A program made the translations under genes and the position numbers. The notes under the pieces are model-generated. The model was given only the letters and a program-made list of their open reading frames with translations. It searched no databases and was not told where the DNA came from. Positions 50,501 through 59,443 of a stretch of DNA of 64,000 nucleotides are shown in pieces (position 1 is the stretch's first letter; each line of letters opens with the position of its first letter). This DNA comes from Promethearchaeota archaeon (GTDB lineage: Archaea; Asgardarchaeota; Lokiarchaeia; Sigyniarchaeales; SOKP01). Location: assembly GCA_030599585.1 (NCBI GenBank), contig JAUVNS010000001.1, positions 192,001-256,000 on the forward strand. The letters are read 5' to 3'.

Positions 50501-51288
50501 ACAGTGCTTCGAAACGCTTTTATTAATTGTTGATCGGTCAGGGATGATACATTAAAGTGGTGAAAATTTGACGAAAAACCAGTTTTTAAGGCAATAGTGT
50601 TTAGCCGAAGCTCTTCTACCAATTTAGTTAACTTCGATTTAGTTATTTTCCCGTGTATTTTATAATAGGTGGAAAACAAAATCACCGTCTCAAAAGTCGA
50701 GTTTTTGTCGTAAACTTTACTATCAGTTATCTGAAGCGGTTTGTGGACGACTTGAAAAGTATACGGAGTGCGATTTTTGTTTAATCCTTTGATAAAAGTA
50801 AGTAAATTTGCTGAAACATTTTCGGCCATGACTTCAACTTTTAAGGTACTAACGCCAGTAGTTATCATATCTCTGCGATTAGTATAATATAATACTGACT
50901 TATCGTAGTCGGTCTGCCAAAAAGTTAAATTTTGAAAGGGGTTAAACGCTCCAAATTCCAATAAGTGGCGCAAACCAAAGAAACTTTTCCGAAATACCAA
51001 TACGAAACTAACTCCAACTAATACGGTTGCGCTAATAGAGAGCATAATATTGACCGTCGTTAGCATTAGTGAAGCGAACAAGACAAACTCAATTACCACT
51101 AACGAGATCGCTTTTTTGAGCGTGTCGGTATTATCTATATCCTTATAAGAAGGAAAAGAGTTCCAGACGCTATAATATGGGTCCTCGTCTGTATTCTTAT
51201 CGTTTCTTTTCCCACTTTCGTTTTTTTCTTTCCAGTCCTTATTCTGATTATTATCTTTGTTCAAAAATTCTCCATATGATTTTACCAA
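47515..51288 (-). CDS. Membrane-anchored VirB4/HerA/FtsK-superfamily protein with degenerate ATPase motifs
   Basis: IAVG, NLFVTNGTNTSRE at Walker A position, VVFDFTGNW, INPL, VIIDLS, FLVLPHID at Walker B position, SASQ, FRTSDKKD; two N-terminal TM hairpins. Confidence 0.75.
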   Translation of the reverse strand: MVKSYGEFLNKDNNQNKDWKEKNESGKRNDKNTDEDPYYSVWNSFPSYKDIDNTDTLKKAISLVVIEFVLFASLMLTTVNIMLSISATVLVGVSFVLVFRKSFFGLRHLLEFGAFNPFQNLTFWQTDYDKSVLYYTNRRDMITTGVSTLKVEVMAENVSANLLTFIKGLNKNRTPYTFQVVHKPLQITDSKVYDKNSTFETVILFSTYYKIHGKITKSKLTKLVEELRLNTIALKTGFSSNFHHFNVSSLTDQQLIKAFRSTVLKRDVPIEPNSKRITCKTVRPKLSTSITKASYIVALVVLLDLSLLFFNLPLIYRFLLNSGIIILLINVWWQELFFQLSKSKLFKSKEINVIDPFTRIEFFKSRKTPETIFYQIEGKTTGGIKIANLYFCSPPPYCNPGKFYESLNKEGMSFTVTFQLGPLNFEKFDSEGFEYLNEREKFYLMKRRSNPVQRDNWLRQKAGIWSVIATYSTSVVSNSPSLTLETMDEIERRLVRQFAVLKSAFGNNFLNFRIKPLRNNLLESGLVFEALKNKFFRRNGTHLNYMLYQGKTLQFLTTISDQFKKGVETRLAAEFNTPLQLKNEIAVGSTINTEYLETEVPAGFLIEQVRNLFVTNGTNTSRELLAQKIVVELVKVGYPSVVFDFTGNWSKVIKIFQGSIYENQFIYHKLGKTIVINPLRSEIPYDKNNLAYLDYMFDAYAMCFKKDERTIEMFKNTILRNPDIDISTLVLDLTSQRDWEKSSVTEALLSFFKEFTPQESSFIQRQQPQNLESAHAHEFITDDKTVIIDLSDVKDYDKQCYFMFVVLSKMIHYLKTGESFTPKFLVLPHIDIVFDGFFLDKKIQYGKIDKFFAPFVNKGFGTLSSASQIRYLHPNVFNYFDNIVTFRTSDKKDVAVLNGQMNLENLHGVGYYSSRRNEAYQTRYIGAMKQNEAVVKREDIYQSFPVQLDFEELQQIQPLSWQEIVRYMGDQGYDLEKTEKKIMKRAQTTLFESDFAGYSDLIEGIIKFLNNIQAVDKVGNLYKKKVREELQEVLKPYIAKITKEKKREKEIIDKVFGILVNKQYLTETHPRRASGSESMQTSFAVGPHYQRVLKDYYDSRDSSIITYEPVELESTQPSAAEALNPINLRSALSKNFAPILYYEYFTMHKNLNHKKYEKVIKTGRDLFPKFLHSVYKEYYSVNYAITSEDISRFIKNFGKVEGFPFTVDDLKQFLTSCEKIEVNDQAKVAETCKDIFEIYSTIFDGFRQYIEGDLGGI

Positions 51289-51296
51289 ATTTTATT

Positions 51297-52151
51297 TCAC
51301 CTTTTTCCGTAATACAACTTGTTGATAAAAATTAAGACTACGATAACACCAAAACAAATAAGGGTGGTATTGCTAATAGACACCGATAAAACGCCATACA
51401 TAAAAGATTCTACTAAAAGTATCGCCCCTATCATAGCAAATAAAATAATTACGCTAAAGATCATTAGCTGACCAATATTTTCCTTTGATTGACGATACGA
51501 TATATTATCCTTTAAAGCCCCCGATATTGCAATCTTTCCTCTCGATTTTTGCTCCAAATTCTTCCTTACTGTTTTTAAGTGCAAAATCTTTTCGAAAGCG
51601 TTTTTATCGAATTGGTGGTCGAGTTGAATTTGAAGGGCCTTTTCCTCGTCTTTAATCCTTTGCATTAATATCGGATTAAGCGCATTGTCACTTTTTCTCC
51701 TTTTAGATTGGCCACCTGAAAGAAAAGAAAACATAGATACTGTACGATTTCGGTTTAACATTTCTGAGTTGATATTTTCGTGTAAGTTCGGAACTTCTAG
51801 TTTCCGAAGCTCGTAATACGCTTCAATTACGCTCTTCACCTGCTCAAGATTTATATCCCCTTGTCGTTTCAGAAACAAAAGCTCTATTTGAGACAAATAC
51901 TGTATCATTTCGGGCTTGAACACCGCTACATTGAAATTAAGGGCAAAAATTTTATTTACAAGTTCCATGTATTCAAAAATATTCTCGCCAGAATCCTTTT
52001 CCCTTGTTCGCATGCCTAATTTAATCCCTATTTCGCCAACTGCGTTGCTTACGAGTACAAAACTTACCACCGCTAGCTTTTTATAGTTGCCTGTTTCTTT
52101 GCAGAGTTGTATCAGTCGTTTTAGCTTTAAATCTAAAAGTTGCTTGCTCAC
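51297..52151 (-). CDS. Helical N-domain plus two C-terminal TM helices
   Basis: GTGA overlap with the upstream gene; two hydrophobic helices at the C-terminus. Confidence 0.7.
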   Translation of the reverse strand: MSKQLLDLKLKRLIQLCKETGNYKKLAVVSFVLVSNAVGEIGIKLGMRTREKDSGENIFEYMELVNKIFALNFNVAVFKPEMIQYLSQIELLFLKRQGDINLEQVKSVIEAYYELRKLEVPNLHENINSEMLNRNRTVSMFSFLSGGQSKRRKSDNALNPILMQRIKDEEKALQIQLDHQFDKNAFEKILHLKTVRKNLEQKSRGKIAISGALKDNISYRQSKENIGQLMIFSVIILFAMIGAILLVESFMYGVLSVSISNTTLICFGVIVVLIFINKLYYGKR

Positions 52152-52900
52152 TTTCGCCCCCTCGTAGATAAAAAATCCTCGTAAATTTGCTCTACTTCAT
52201 TTTTAGACTCATTTTTCTGCTTCCTTTGAGAGGATTCAATCTCCAATTCTTCTTGAGCGATTAATTTGTCTAAATCGAACGGTTCTTTCACATTTTCAAT
52301 GTATGATTTTACAACTTCTGCGGGAGCATATTTTGCCTTTTCGAAAGTATTTATTACCGATAAATTGAACAATGCATAAGGAAATGTACATCCAAAGGAA
52401 GCTACTTGAAACCAATATCCTGGACCAATCGAATAATAAAGCGTGAGGCTTAATTCGCTATCGTAATAAACCATAAAAGGATAATAAAGATCGTTTGGTA
52501 ATAAAAAAAACAACGGAAATATCAACACGAAAAATCCAATTAAAACAATTAACGAAAGCGTGATAAAATTAAACCTCTTTACTTTAAGCAGGTTGTCACC
52601 CTTTTCCAGATCGTGAAAAAGCGTTGAATAAGCTGAAAGGAAGACTGCAACGATAAGAACTATCACAATGACAACGGGCATAGTAGCATTTTGGGGTTTA
52701 TAAGATTCATTAAACTGGTTCCCTTCTGTAAATGGGGTGCTCCACCCGAACAAGGTGTTGTAAATCCACAACATTATAGGCTCTCCGCTGTTGTTAAGCA
52801 CACCCTCGAGGTAATACCAATCTAAAAACACCGACGCGAAGCTGAAGATAAGGCCTATTAAAAAAATGATTTTATATCCTGATTTTATATTTATCGACAT
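52148..52900 (-). CDS. 4-TM membrane protein (claudin-like topology)
   Basis: TM1-DWY...FGW loop; last TM preceded by GPGYWF. Confidence 0.7.
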   Translation of the reverse strand: MSINIKSGYKIIFLIGLIFSFASVFLDWYYLEGVLNNSGEPIMLWIYNTLFGWSTPFTEGNQFNESYKPQNATMPVVIVIVLIVAVFLSAYSTLFHDLEKGDNLLKVKRFNFITLSLIVLIGFFVLIFPLFFLLPNDLYYPFMVYYDSELSLTLYYSIGPGYWFQVASFGCTFPYALFNLSVINTFEKAKYAPAEVVKSYIENVKEPFDLDKLIAQEELEIESSQRKQKNESKNEVEQIYEDFLSTRGRK

Positions 52901-52969
52901 GTTACATTAAACTCTATTTGTTTTCACTTATGGAGCCTAAAATCGCCGTGAATTTATAAAGAAAAAAAA

Positions 52970-54781
52970 TTAGGAGTCATCTAAAAACGATGAATATTTG
53001 CTGTTGTATTTTGTTGTTAAATTACTAACGGATTCCCCTTTTGTTTGCTCAAGTTCAAACAAATTTTGGAATTCAGGCTCACTTCGTTTTTCTTCTACGT
53101 TGTGTTTTAATGTGTTTGCTTCACTTCGCTCAATTACTCCATACTTAGCATCTTTACTTAGACATTCGTACCCGAATTGAGTCAATAACTCGTCTGTGAG
53201 TTCTTCCTTAAAATCTAAAAAATCTATCTCGCTAAATTCCAATTTTTGTAAGTAGTAAGGTGTTTTGAATTGAGTAGCTAATCGCTTTTTAGTCCGGTAA
53301 AAATTGTAATAGAAAAAAGTTAATAAAGAGATGTAAATCCCTACAACAGCAAACCCGATGGTGTTAAGCAGTCGCAATAGGAAAAAAAGCTCTGCGAAAT
53401 AAATAACTAAAAGCGCCACTGAGTATCCGAAGATTGGAATTGAAGTATATCGAACTCTTGTACGAAGCGTCTCCTCCGCTAGTCTTAACCCTTTAACTGA
53501 GCTTGTCTTTTTCGTTCTCTTCTCGATCATCCGATATTTTTTTTCCAAGAACCTGACCAAAGGAGCTAATTCGGCTCTGGTAACGGCGTGAAGATTAGTG
53601 CTTTTTTGGTATGGGAAGGTGAGCGTTTTTTCCATGCTTCTGGGAGGGTTATAGCATAACAAGATAGGTTCGATAAACACCTTGTATTGAGTAGTTCCCG
53701 AAAGAAATATCACACTTTTGTTTCCGAACCCTTTTTCTAAGGAAAGGCTAATTTGTAAATATTTTTGGAAAAATGTGAGAATACCTTGGTTAGTTGCTAT
53801 ATCTTTATACATCGAATCTCTGACTTGCAATAAACTTTTAGCAATTTGCTCTATATCGCAATAAGCTCCAAGATCAGTTTTGCTCGAATGCGACTTTAAT
53901 TCTATCTTACTCTCGTCAACTAACACCGTTCCTTCATGATCGAACCGTTTCACAGGAAACAGGAACAGAATTCTAAGGTCGTCCGAAGCTTTCACTAACT
54001 TACACCCGAGGTAATCAAGGCCAGTAGTAAATTGTTTTAACGATTCTAACGAGCTAGGGATTTCGTAGCACCCAGCATCCTTAAAAGAGTCGGCAATTTG
54101 TTGGTGTACGATACTCTCGAAAGTTCTATCTCTAGGATATTCGAAATTGATATTCGTTGGTTCTGCTGGAGTAGAATCAAAGTTTTCTTCTTCTATTGTG
54201 TTTTTTTGTTCAAGTTGCTCCCGTTCTATTTGAATTTCAGGAATAATTTCTTGTGAAGATTCTTCTTCTTCCTCCTCAACAGTATTGCTAGAGTTATTAA
54301 CCCTTTTTGATATTGGGGTGTATGACGCTGTCAATCTCGAATAATTGTATTTATCGGATAACCATTTTGGATCAGTTTGCGACTGGTCGAACTCTTCTTC
54401 CCCTTCTGTTTTGGGTTCTTCACTGGTTTCTTGGGCCTCATCTACGATTACTTGTTCAACTTCGTATTGTTTGATAGGGATTGGTGTAAATTCAACCTTT
54501 GTTTCCCTTTGAATTTGAGTAGATTCGCTTACAAAATCTTCTTTTTGAGAACTTTCCAAATGATTTTTAGCTGCCGTAATAAATTTCGTAGCAGTCACTA
54601 ACCCAATTCCAGGAGTTTCTGAAAGCTTTTCTGGTGTCATCTCAGCGATCTGTCTAACTGATACGATTTTTGCGTTGTATAATTTTTCTGCTGTGGTAGA
54701 GCCAATCCCTTTAATCTCGGTTAGATTATCACGGGAAAGCTCGCTAATTTTTTGTTCTTGGGTTCCATATACATCTGTCAT
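52970..54781 (-). CDS. Helix-hairpin-helix DNA-binding membrane protein
   Basis: LTEIKGIGSTTAEKL and LSETPGIGLVTATK tandem HhH, acidic linker, globular domain, 2 TM. Confidence 0.8.
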   Translation of the reverse strand: MTDVYGTQEQKISELSRDNLTEIKGIGSTTAEKLYNAKIVSVRQIAEMTPEKLSETPGIGLVTATKFITAAKNHLESSQKEDFVSESTQIQRETKVEFTPIPIKQYEVEQVIVDEAQETSEEPKTEGEEEFDQSQTDPKWLSDKYNYSRLTASYTPISKRVNNSSNTVEEEEEESSQEIIPEIQIEREQLEQKNTIEEENFDSTPAEPTNINFEYPRDRTFESIVHQQIADSFKDAGCYEIPSSLESLKQFTTGLDYLGCKLVKASDDLRILFLFPVKRFDHEGTVLVDESKIELKSHSSKTDLGAYCDIEQIAKSLLQVRDSMYKDIATNQGILTFFQKYLQISLSLEKGFGNKSVIFLSGTTQYKVFIEPILLCYNPPRSMEKTLTFPYQKSTNLHAVTRAELAPLVRFLEKKYRMIEKRTKKTSSVKGLRLAEETLRTRVRYTSIPIFGYSVALLVIYFAELFFLLRLLNTIGFAVVGIYISLLTFFYYNFYRTKKRLATQFKTPYYLQKLEFSEIDFLDFKEELTDELLTQFGYECLSKDAKYGVIERSEANTLKHNVEEKRSEPEFQNLFELEQTKGESVSNLTTKYNSKYSSFLDDS

Positions 54782-55035
54782 GAGAATCTATTCTTATGAA
54801 AAGTCGTCTGTATTTAAAGAAAAAATCGCTTCTCATTTCATAAATGCTTTCAAATAAGCCAATCGAATGTGAAATTATCTTTATTTCTATTGATGAAGGT
54901 AGTGAACTATTGAATTATTTTGTCTTTGTGTTAGATTTATTTTCTTTTTGTTTTTTCCTTTAAATTTGCTCTATTTCAAATGCTATTACAACAATGTGAT
55001 TACAATAATAACTTTTTTAAAAACAATCGCAAACT

Positions 55036-57570
55036 ATGTCCCTTACTAACTACACCAACTCAAAGAAATCGCAAGTCGAAGAAGGAATTGAGGAGGAAAT
55101 ATTTGAGTACGTTCAAGACGAACGCATCCTTCGAGTATTGTTCGAGCAAAAGATATTCAAACTTCGGCAAATTCAGAGAGAGGCGATCCAAAAGGGATTA
55201 TTCTTTCGAAAGTCGTTCCTAGTATGTGCGCCTTCGGGGAGCGGTAAAACTCTAGTAGGAGAAATTAGTGCCGTAAACAACGTGTTTCAAAAGTTCGGTA
55301 AGTCAATATATTTAGTTCCCTATAAAGCTCTTGCCACCGAAAAATACATCCATTTCAAAAAGAGTTACGAGCGGTTTGGAATTACAACCGAGCTGTCAAT
55401 AGGAGATTACGACGTAGACGATTCCCGATTAGCTAAAGCAAATATTATTGTAACCACTTACGAGAAAATGGATTCAATTTTGCGAAATTTTAGCGAAAAA
55501 GAATGGATTTTCGATATTTCGACTATTATCATTGACGAAATTCACATTTTAGGAGAATCAAGCGGTTCTCGAGGTCCAAGGTTAGAGTCTCTAATAGTTC
55601 GGTTAAACGAGTTCTTACACCAACCGCAACTAATCGGACTTTCAGCTACCATAAAAAATCCTGAATTCTTTAATGACTGGCTTTCTTCACTCGGAAACAA
55701 TAACACGCTAATTTTTTCCGATACCAGGCCTGTTCCTTTACATTATAGAATAGAAATTACTCAAAATAAAAATTCCACTATTAAGAAAATAATGAGGACG
55801 ACTTTAAATGATAGAGGGCAGGTTTTAGTATTCCTAAATCGAAGGAAAGCCACTCAACAAACCGCACAGAACCTTAAAAATTTAGTGAAAACGCAACTAA
55901 CTGAAAACGAGTTAAAAGCGTGTAAAAAGGTAGAAGAGAAGCTCAACAAAATAAAAGGAAGAAACACTGAGTTAAAGAAAGCAGTTAAATGTGGAGTAGC
56001 GTTTCATCACGCTGGACTGCTCCCAAAAGAACGTAAACTTGTAGAAGACGCCTATCGAAAACATATAATCAAGGTAATATGTTGTACTACTACCTTAAGT
56101 GCCGGTGTTAATGTCCCCGCTCGAGTAGTCATCGTAAAAGATTTCAAACGATATGTGACTTCAGGCCACAACATTAAAAACTTTTCTGGATACTATGAGA
56201 ACGGAGACGGATTTTCATACTTTATGCCGTTTTCTGCCAATTCCGTTTTTCAAATGCTCGGTCGAGCAGGAAGACCGGGGCTTGATTCAGAAGGTTTTGG
56301 CTATATACTTGCTAGTAATGTCGATGAACGGGATTGGATCGAAGATCATTACTTCCAGAACGCCGTTCCAGTAGGAGTTTATATTCCTAAATACAATAAT
56401 TTAACTTCTGGACTCAATAAACTTAACACTTTGAAAGAGCAAGTGCTTTTGCGGATTTACGAGGAGAAAAATATCACCTTAGAAAAATTAAAAGAATTCT
56501 TCCAAAAAACTTATTTTTGGTACGGTATCAAACAAAACAAAACAAAAAATCGACAGATTCCCATTGATCAGCTTTTGATGATTAAAGAAATTACCCCTAT
56601 TAACATCTTGAAACTGCACTCCGACCCGAAAAAAGTAGAAAGGTTATCGAATAATCACCACCAGATTAAAATAACAAAGTTGACGAAGTCAAATGTATCG
56701 GGCTACATAAAAACGGATTTTGGAGTATTCTTTGCGGAATTCGATATCGATGTTGGGATACGATGCTCGTGTGGGTTTGAAAACGGGATATCTAACAATT
56801 ACTCAGACGATCAATTCTCTTTCGAATTTTGTGACCACATCACTGCACTTTTACTACACCTAATCGGGATTCCCGACCAGAACTTCCAAAAATATGTCCA
56901 GGACATAGTTCCTAAATCGGTAAAAAATCAATATGTTCTCAATTACTTGTTCGAAAAAGGGTTAATCATTAAACGGGACGATAACACCATAAAATGCTCG
57001 CAGTTCGGAAAACTCATTATCCGATTGTATCTATACCCCGTTTCAGGAGTCTTAATACGATATAAACTCGAAAATGCTTCGATTGAGACCTATCAAGATG
57101 TCGTAAAAGAAGCCTACGAGGTGCTCAAAGCGGAATTAAAAGTACGAAACTACAAAATGCTTCAACCCCTCTTGGAGTGGTGCGACGAAGAGTCAATTGA
57201 CGACATTTTGGAGAGACACAAGATAATGGCAGGCGATCTTTATACCACTAAGGACAACTTAGAACGAATTATTACTTTTATTGGGATTATCGCAGTTCAT
57301 TTAAGCGAGTCTGATCCAGACATAGCTGAGGCTATGGTTAAAGTAGCTGAAATGTCCGAAACGCTTAAAATTCGAGTGCATTACGGAATTAGCGAAGAAT
57401 TATTTGATTTGGTCTTAAGATTAGACAATGTGGCAAGAGCGAGAGCGAGGATATTGTATAACGCAGGATATCATACTGCTACTAAGGTAAAAAAAGAAAA
57501 TCCTTATGTACTTAATCGAAAAACGGGATTAGGGATAAAACTCTGCAAAAAGATTGTTGGGAAGAATTAA
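55036..57570 (+). CDS. Ski2/Hel308-like SF2 helicase with inserted SWIM zinc finger
   Basis: APSGSGKT, TYEK, DEIH, SAT, HHAGL, LSAGVNVPA, QMLGRAGRPG; CSC-x19-CDH; C-terminal HLH. Confidence 0.9.
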   Translation: MSLTNYTNSKKSQVEEGIEEEIFEYVQDERILRVLFEQKIFKLRQIQREAIQKGLFFRKSFLVCAPSGSGKTLVGEISAVNNVFQKFGKSIYLVPYKALATEKYIHFKKSYERFGITTELSIGDYDVDDSRLAKANIIVTTYEKMDSILRNFSEKEWIFDISTIIIDEIHILGESSGSRGPRLESLIVRLNEFLHQPQLIGLSATIKNPEFFNDWLSSLGNNNTLIFSDTRPVPLHYRIEITQNKNSTIKKIMRTTLNDRGQVLVFLNRRKATQQTAQNLKNLVKTQLTENELKACKKVEEKLNKIKGRNTELKKAVKCGVAFHHAGLLPKERKLVEDAYRKHIIKVICCTTTLSAGVNVPARVVIVKDFKRYVTSGHNIKNFSGYYENGDGFSYFMPFSANSVFQMLGRAGRPGLDSEGFGYILASNVDERDWIEDHYFQNAVPVGVYIPKYNNLTSGLNKLNTLKEQVLLRIYEEKNITLEKLKEFFQKTYFWYGIKQNKTKNRQIPIDQLLMIKEITPINILKLHSDPKKVERLSNNHHQIKITKLTKSNVSGYIKTDFGVFFAEFDIDVGIRCSCGFENGISNNYSDDQFSFEFCDHITALLLHLIGIPDQNFQKYVQDIVPKSVKNQYVLNYLFEKGLIIKRDDNTIKCSQFGKLIIRLYLYPVSGVLIRYKLENASIETYQDVVKEAYEVLKAELKVRNYKMLQPLLEWCDEESIDDILERHKIMAGDLYTTKDNLERIITFIGIIAVHLSESDPDIAEAMVKVAEMSETLKIRVHYGISEELFDLVLRLDNVARARARILYNAGYHTATKVKKENPYVLNRKTGLGIKLCKKIVGKN

Positions 57571-57592
57571 CCCTCAGTAAAGAAATATTAAG

Positions 57593-58693
57593 TCATTTTT
57601 TATTACCAGCAATATAGAGATTACAACACCCAATATTACATATTGGCATAAATTTATTTTTTTCCATATAAGCTCGAAATTTAGTATACTTTTCTCCATA
57701 CCAAATTTCATCAAAGCTATTTTCCTTAAGATTGCCTAAAACAAAATCGTGATATATATGACAAGGGGCAACATCTCCAGAGGCAGTGATTTCAGTCCCG
57801 ATCCATGGAATTGAACATCCATCATATAGATCAGTCATGTTTTGCCAATCTGCTTTCAAATATGCAGAAAGATTTTCAGGGGAATAGGTAGGGGGTTGTA
57901 AAAAATTGGTAATATTGCGTTTTTTTAACTCCTCACATACTTTATTTACCTGATCAGAAACAACAGGCACATCTATATCTTTAAAATTATCAGTATTTCG
58001 AACAAAACCATTCCATTTATTTTCACTATAGATTTCAAACTCTGTATTAAGGAAATTCTCAAATTTCAGTCCCATTTCTTCAGTGATAAAATTCTGCATT
58101 TCAATTTCAACATGATTAAGAGATTCGAGATTCAAATCGGGATTATTTAGAAAAAAATCTTCCATTGATTGATAGTTATTTTTAGTTATAGTGAACAATA
58201 TCGCAATACGGGGTGTTTTGCTTCCTAATTTCTGCTTTTCTTCATGGAGTTCATTGATTCCGTTTATGGCTCTTTCATAACTACCTTTACCCCGCTGATA
58301 ATCGTTAATATCCTTGGTTCCATCGAGAGATACGCGAACTTGGTCAAATCCTGTCCGAACGAGCATCTGCGCTTGATCAGCCAGAAAAGTGCCATTTGTA
58401 GGAGTGTCTACAACTGCCTTAGCAGCCTTTATTTCAAGAATTAGTTCTTCCAAATCGGGATAATTAAGTGGCTCTCCTCCAAATAAAGAATACCATGGTT
58501 TTGGTCTTGAAGTAGCTAATTCTTTAATTAATCCTTTAAGTATGTCAATATCAAGTACTTTTGGTTTATTTCCATGTTTAATATACGCACCGGATTCTCC
58601 CCAGAAATAACACATTTTACATCGAAGATTACACGCTTCTGTTATGTGCAATATAACGCTTTTTGGGTATCTTAATTTTTTTACAGGACACAT
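57593..58693 (-). CDS. Radical SAM protein with SPASM/twitch domain
   Basis: CNLRCKMC, GGEPL, TNG, SLDG, C..PW...GDVAPC, LGNL, ICNIGCC. Confidence 0.9.
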   Translation of the reverse strand: MCPVKKLRYPKSVILHITEACNLRCKMCYFWGESGAYIKHGNKPKVLDIDILKGLIKELATSRPKPWYSLFGGEPLNYPDLEELILEIKAAKAVVDTPTNGTFLADQAQMLVRTGFDQVRVSLDGTKDINDYQRGKGSYERAINGINELHEEKQKLGSKTPRIAILFTITKNNYQSMEDFFLNNPDLNLESLNHVEIEMQNFITEEMGLKFENFLNTEFEIYSENKWNGFVRNTDNFKDIDVPVVSDQVNKVCEELKKRNITNFLQPPTYSPENLSAYLKADWQNMTDLYDGCSIPWIGTEITASGDVAPCHIYHDFVLGNLKENSFDEIWYGEKYTKFRAYMEKNKFMPICNIGCCNLYIAGNKK

Positions 58694-58838
58694 TTTTAAG
58701 ACTTCATCCTCATAATTTATAGCTTAATCTAAGATATGAGGATTTTTAACATTTTTGGCTAATTCTTGATTTTTCGCTATAGTTCTATCAAGGGCAAAAT
58801 TTTTCCTTTTTAACAGTTCGTGTGTTACTATCTTTATA

Positions 58839-59120
58839 ATGGATTCTGATTCCGAAAACGATCCATTCGACCTGAACTTCTCAAAAAAAGTAAGGATTAA
58901 AGAATTCTTAGTCTTTATGGAATCTGAGGAAGATCAAGACTATTATGTAATTAAAAAGTTCGAAAATACAAAAGAACAAAACTTAGAAACTCTTGAGTTT
59001 ATTCAAAAAATCATAAAAAGCGACCCAGAGATAAACTCCGACCGGGTTAAGGGATATTTAAAGCGCCAACGCTTGTTCATAAAACTCTATTTAAAAGAAG
59101 TAAACAAAGATCAAGGTTAG
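58839..59120 (+). CDS. Hypothetical protein
   Basis: 93-aa ORF leading a + strand cluster. Confidence 0.55.
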   Translation: MDSDSENDPFDLNFSKKVRIKEFLVFMESEEDQDYYVIKKFENTKEQNLETLEFIQKIIKSDPEINSDRVKGYLKRQRLFIKLYLKEVNKDQG

Positions 59121-59170
59121 GGAATTTTTTTTTAAATACTCAAAAAACTTCAACATAATTACTTACAAAG

Positions 59171-59443
59171 GTGAGTGATGAGAGTATGGAAGTTTCTAAA
59201 AAAGAAAAACACGATCCAGTAGTTATAAGAATTATGGACTACGATAACCTCGAAGATGTGTTATCGAAAATTATTATCCCTTTCTCTGAAGTAATGAAGG
59301 ATTCACATGTTCCAGATGTATACACAGGATACGAGAAAATACCGTTTGAGAAGCGATATCCTCTCTATCAAATCATTATGAGACAAGAGTTTGCGGACGC
59401 GATGATAGTAATAAAAAACGGCATCTCAACAGAAGCTAAATAA
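59171..59443 (+). CDS. Small protein, IIPF/DIYxG family (member 4)
   Basis: SKIIIPFSE...PDVYTGYEKIPFEKRYPLYQIIMRQEF. Confidence 0.7.
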   Translation: MSDESMEVSKKEKHDPVVIRIMDYDNLEDVLSKIIIPFSEVMKDSHVPDVYTGYEKIPFEKRYPLYQIIMRQEFADAMIVIKNGISTEAK

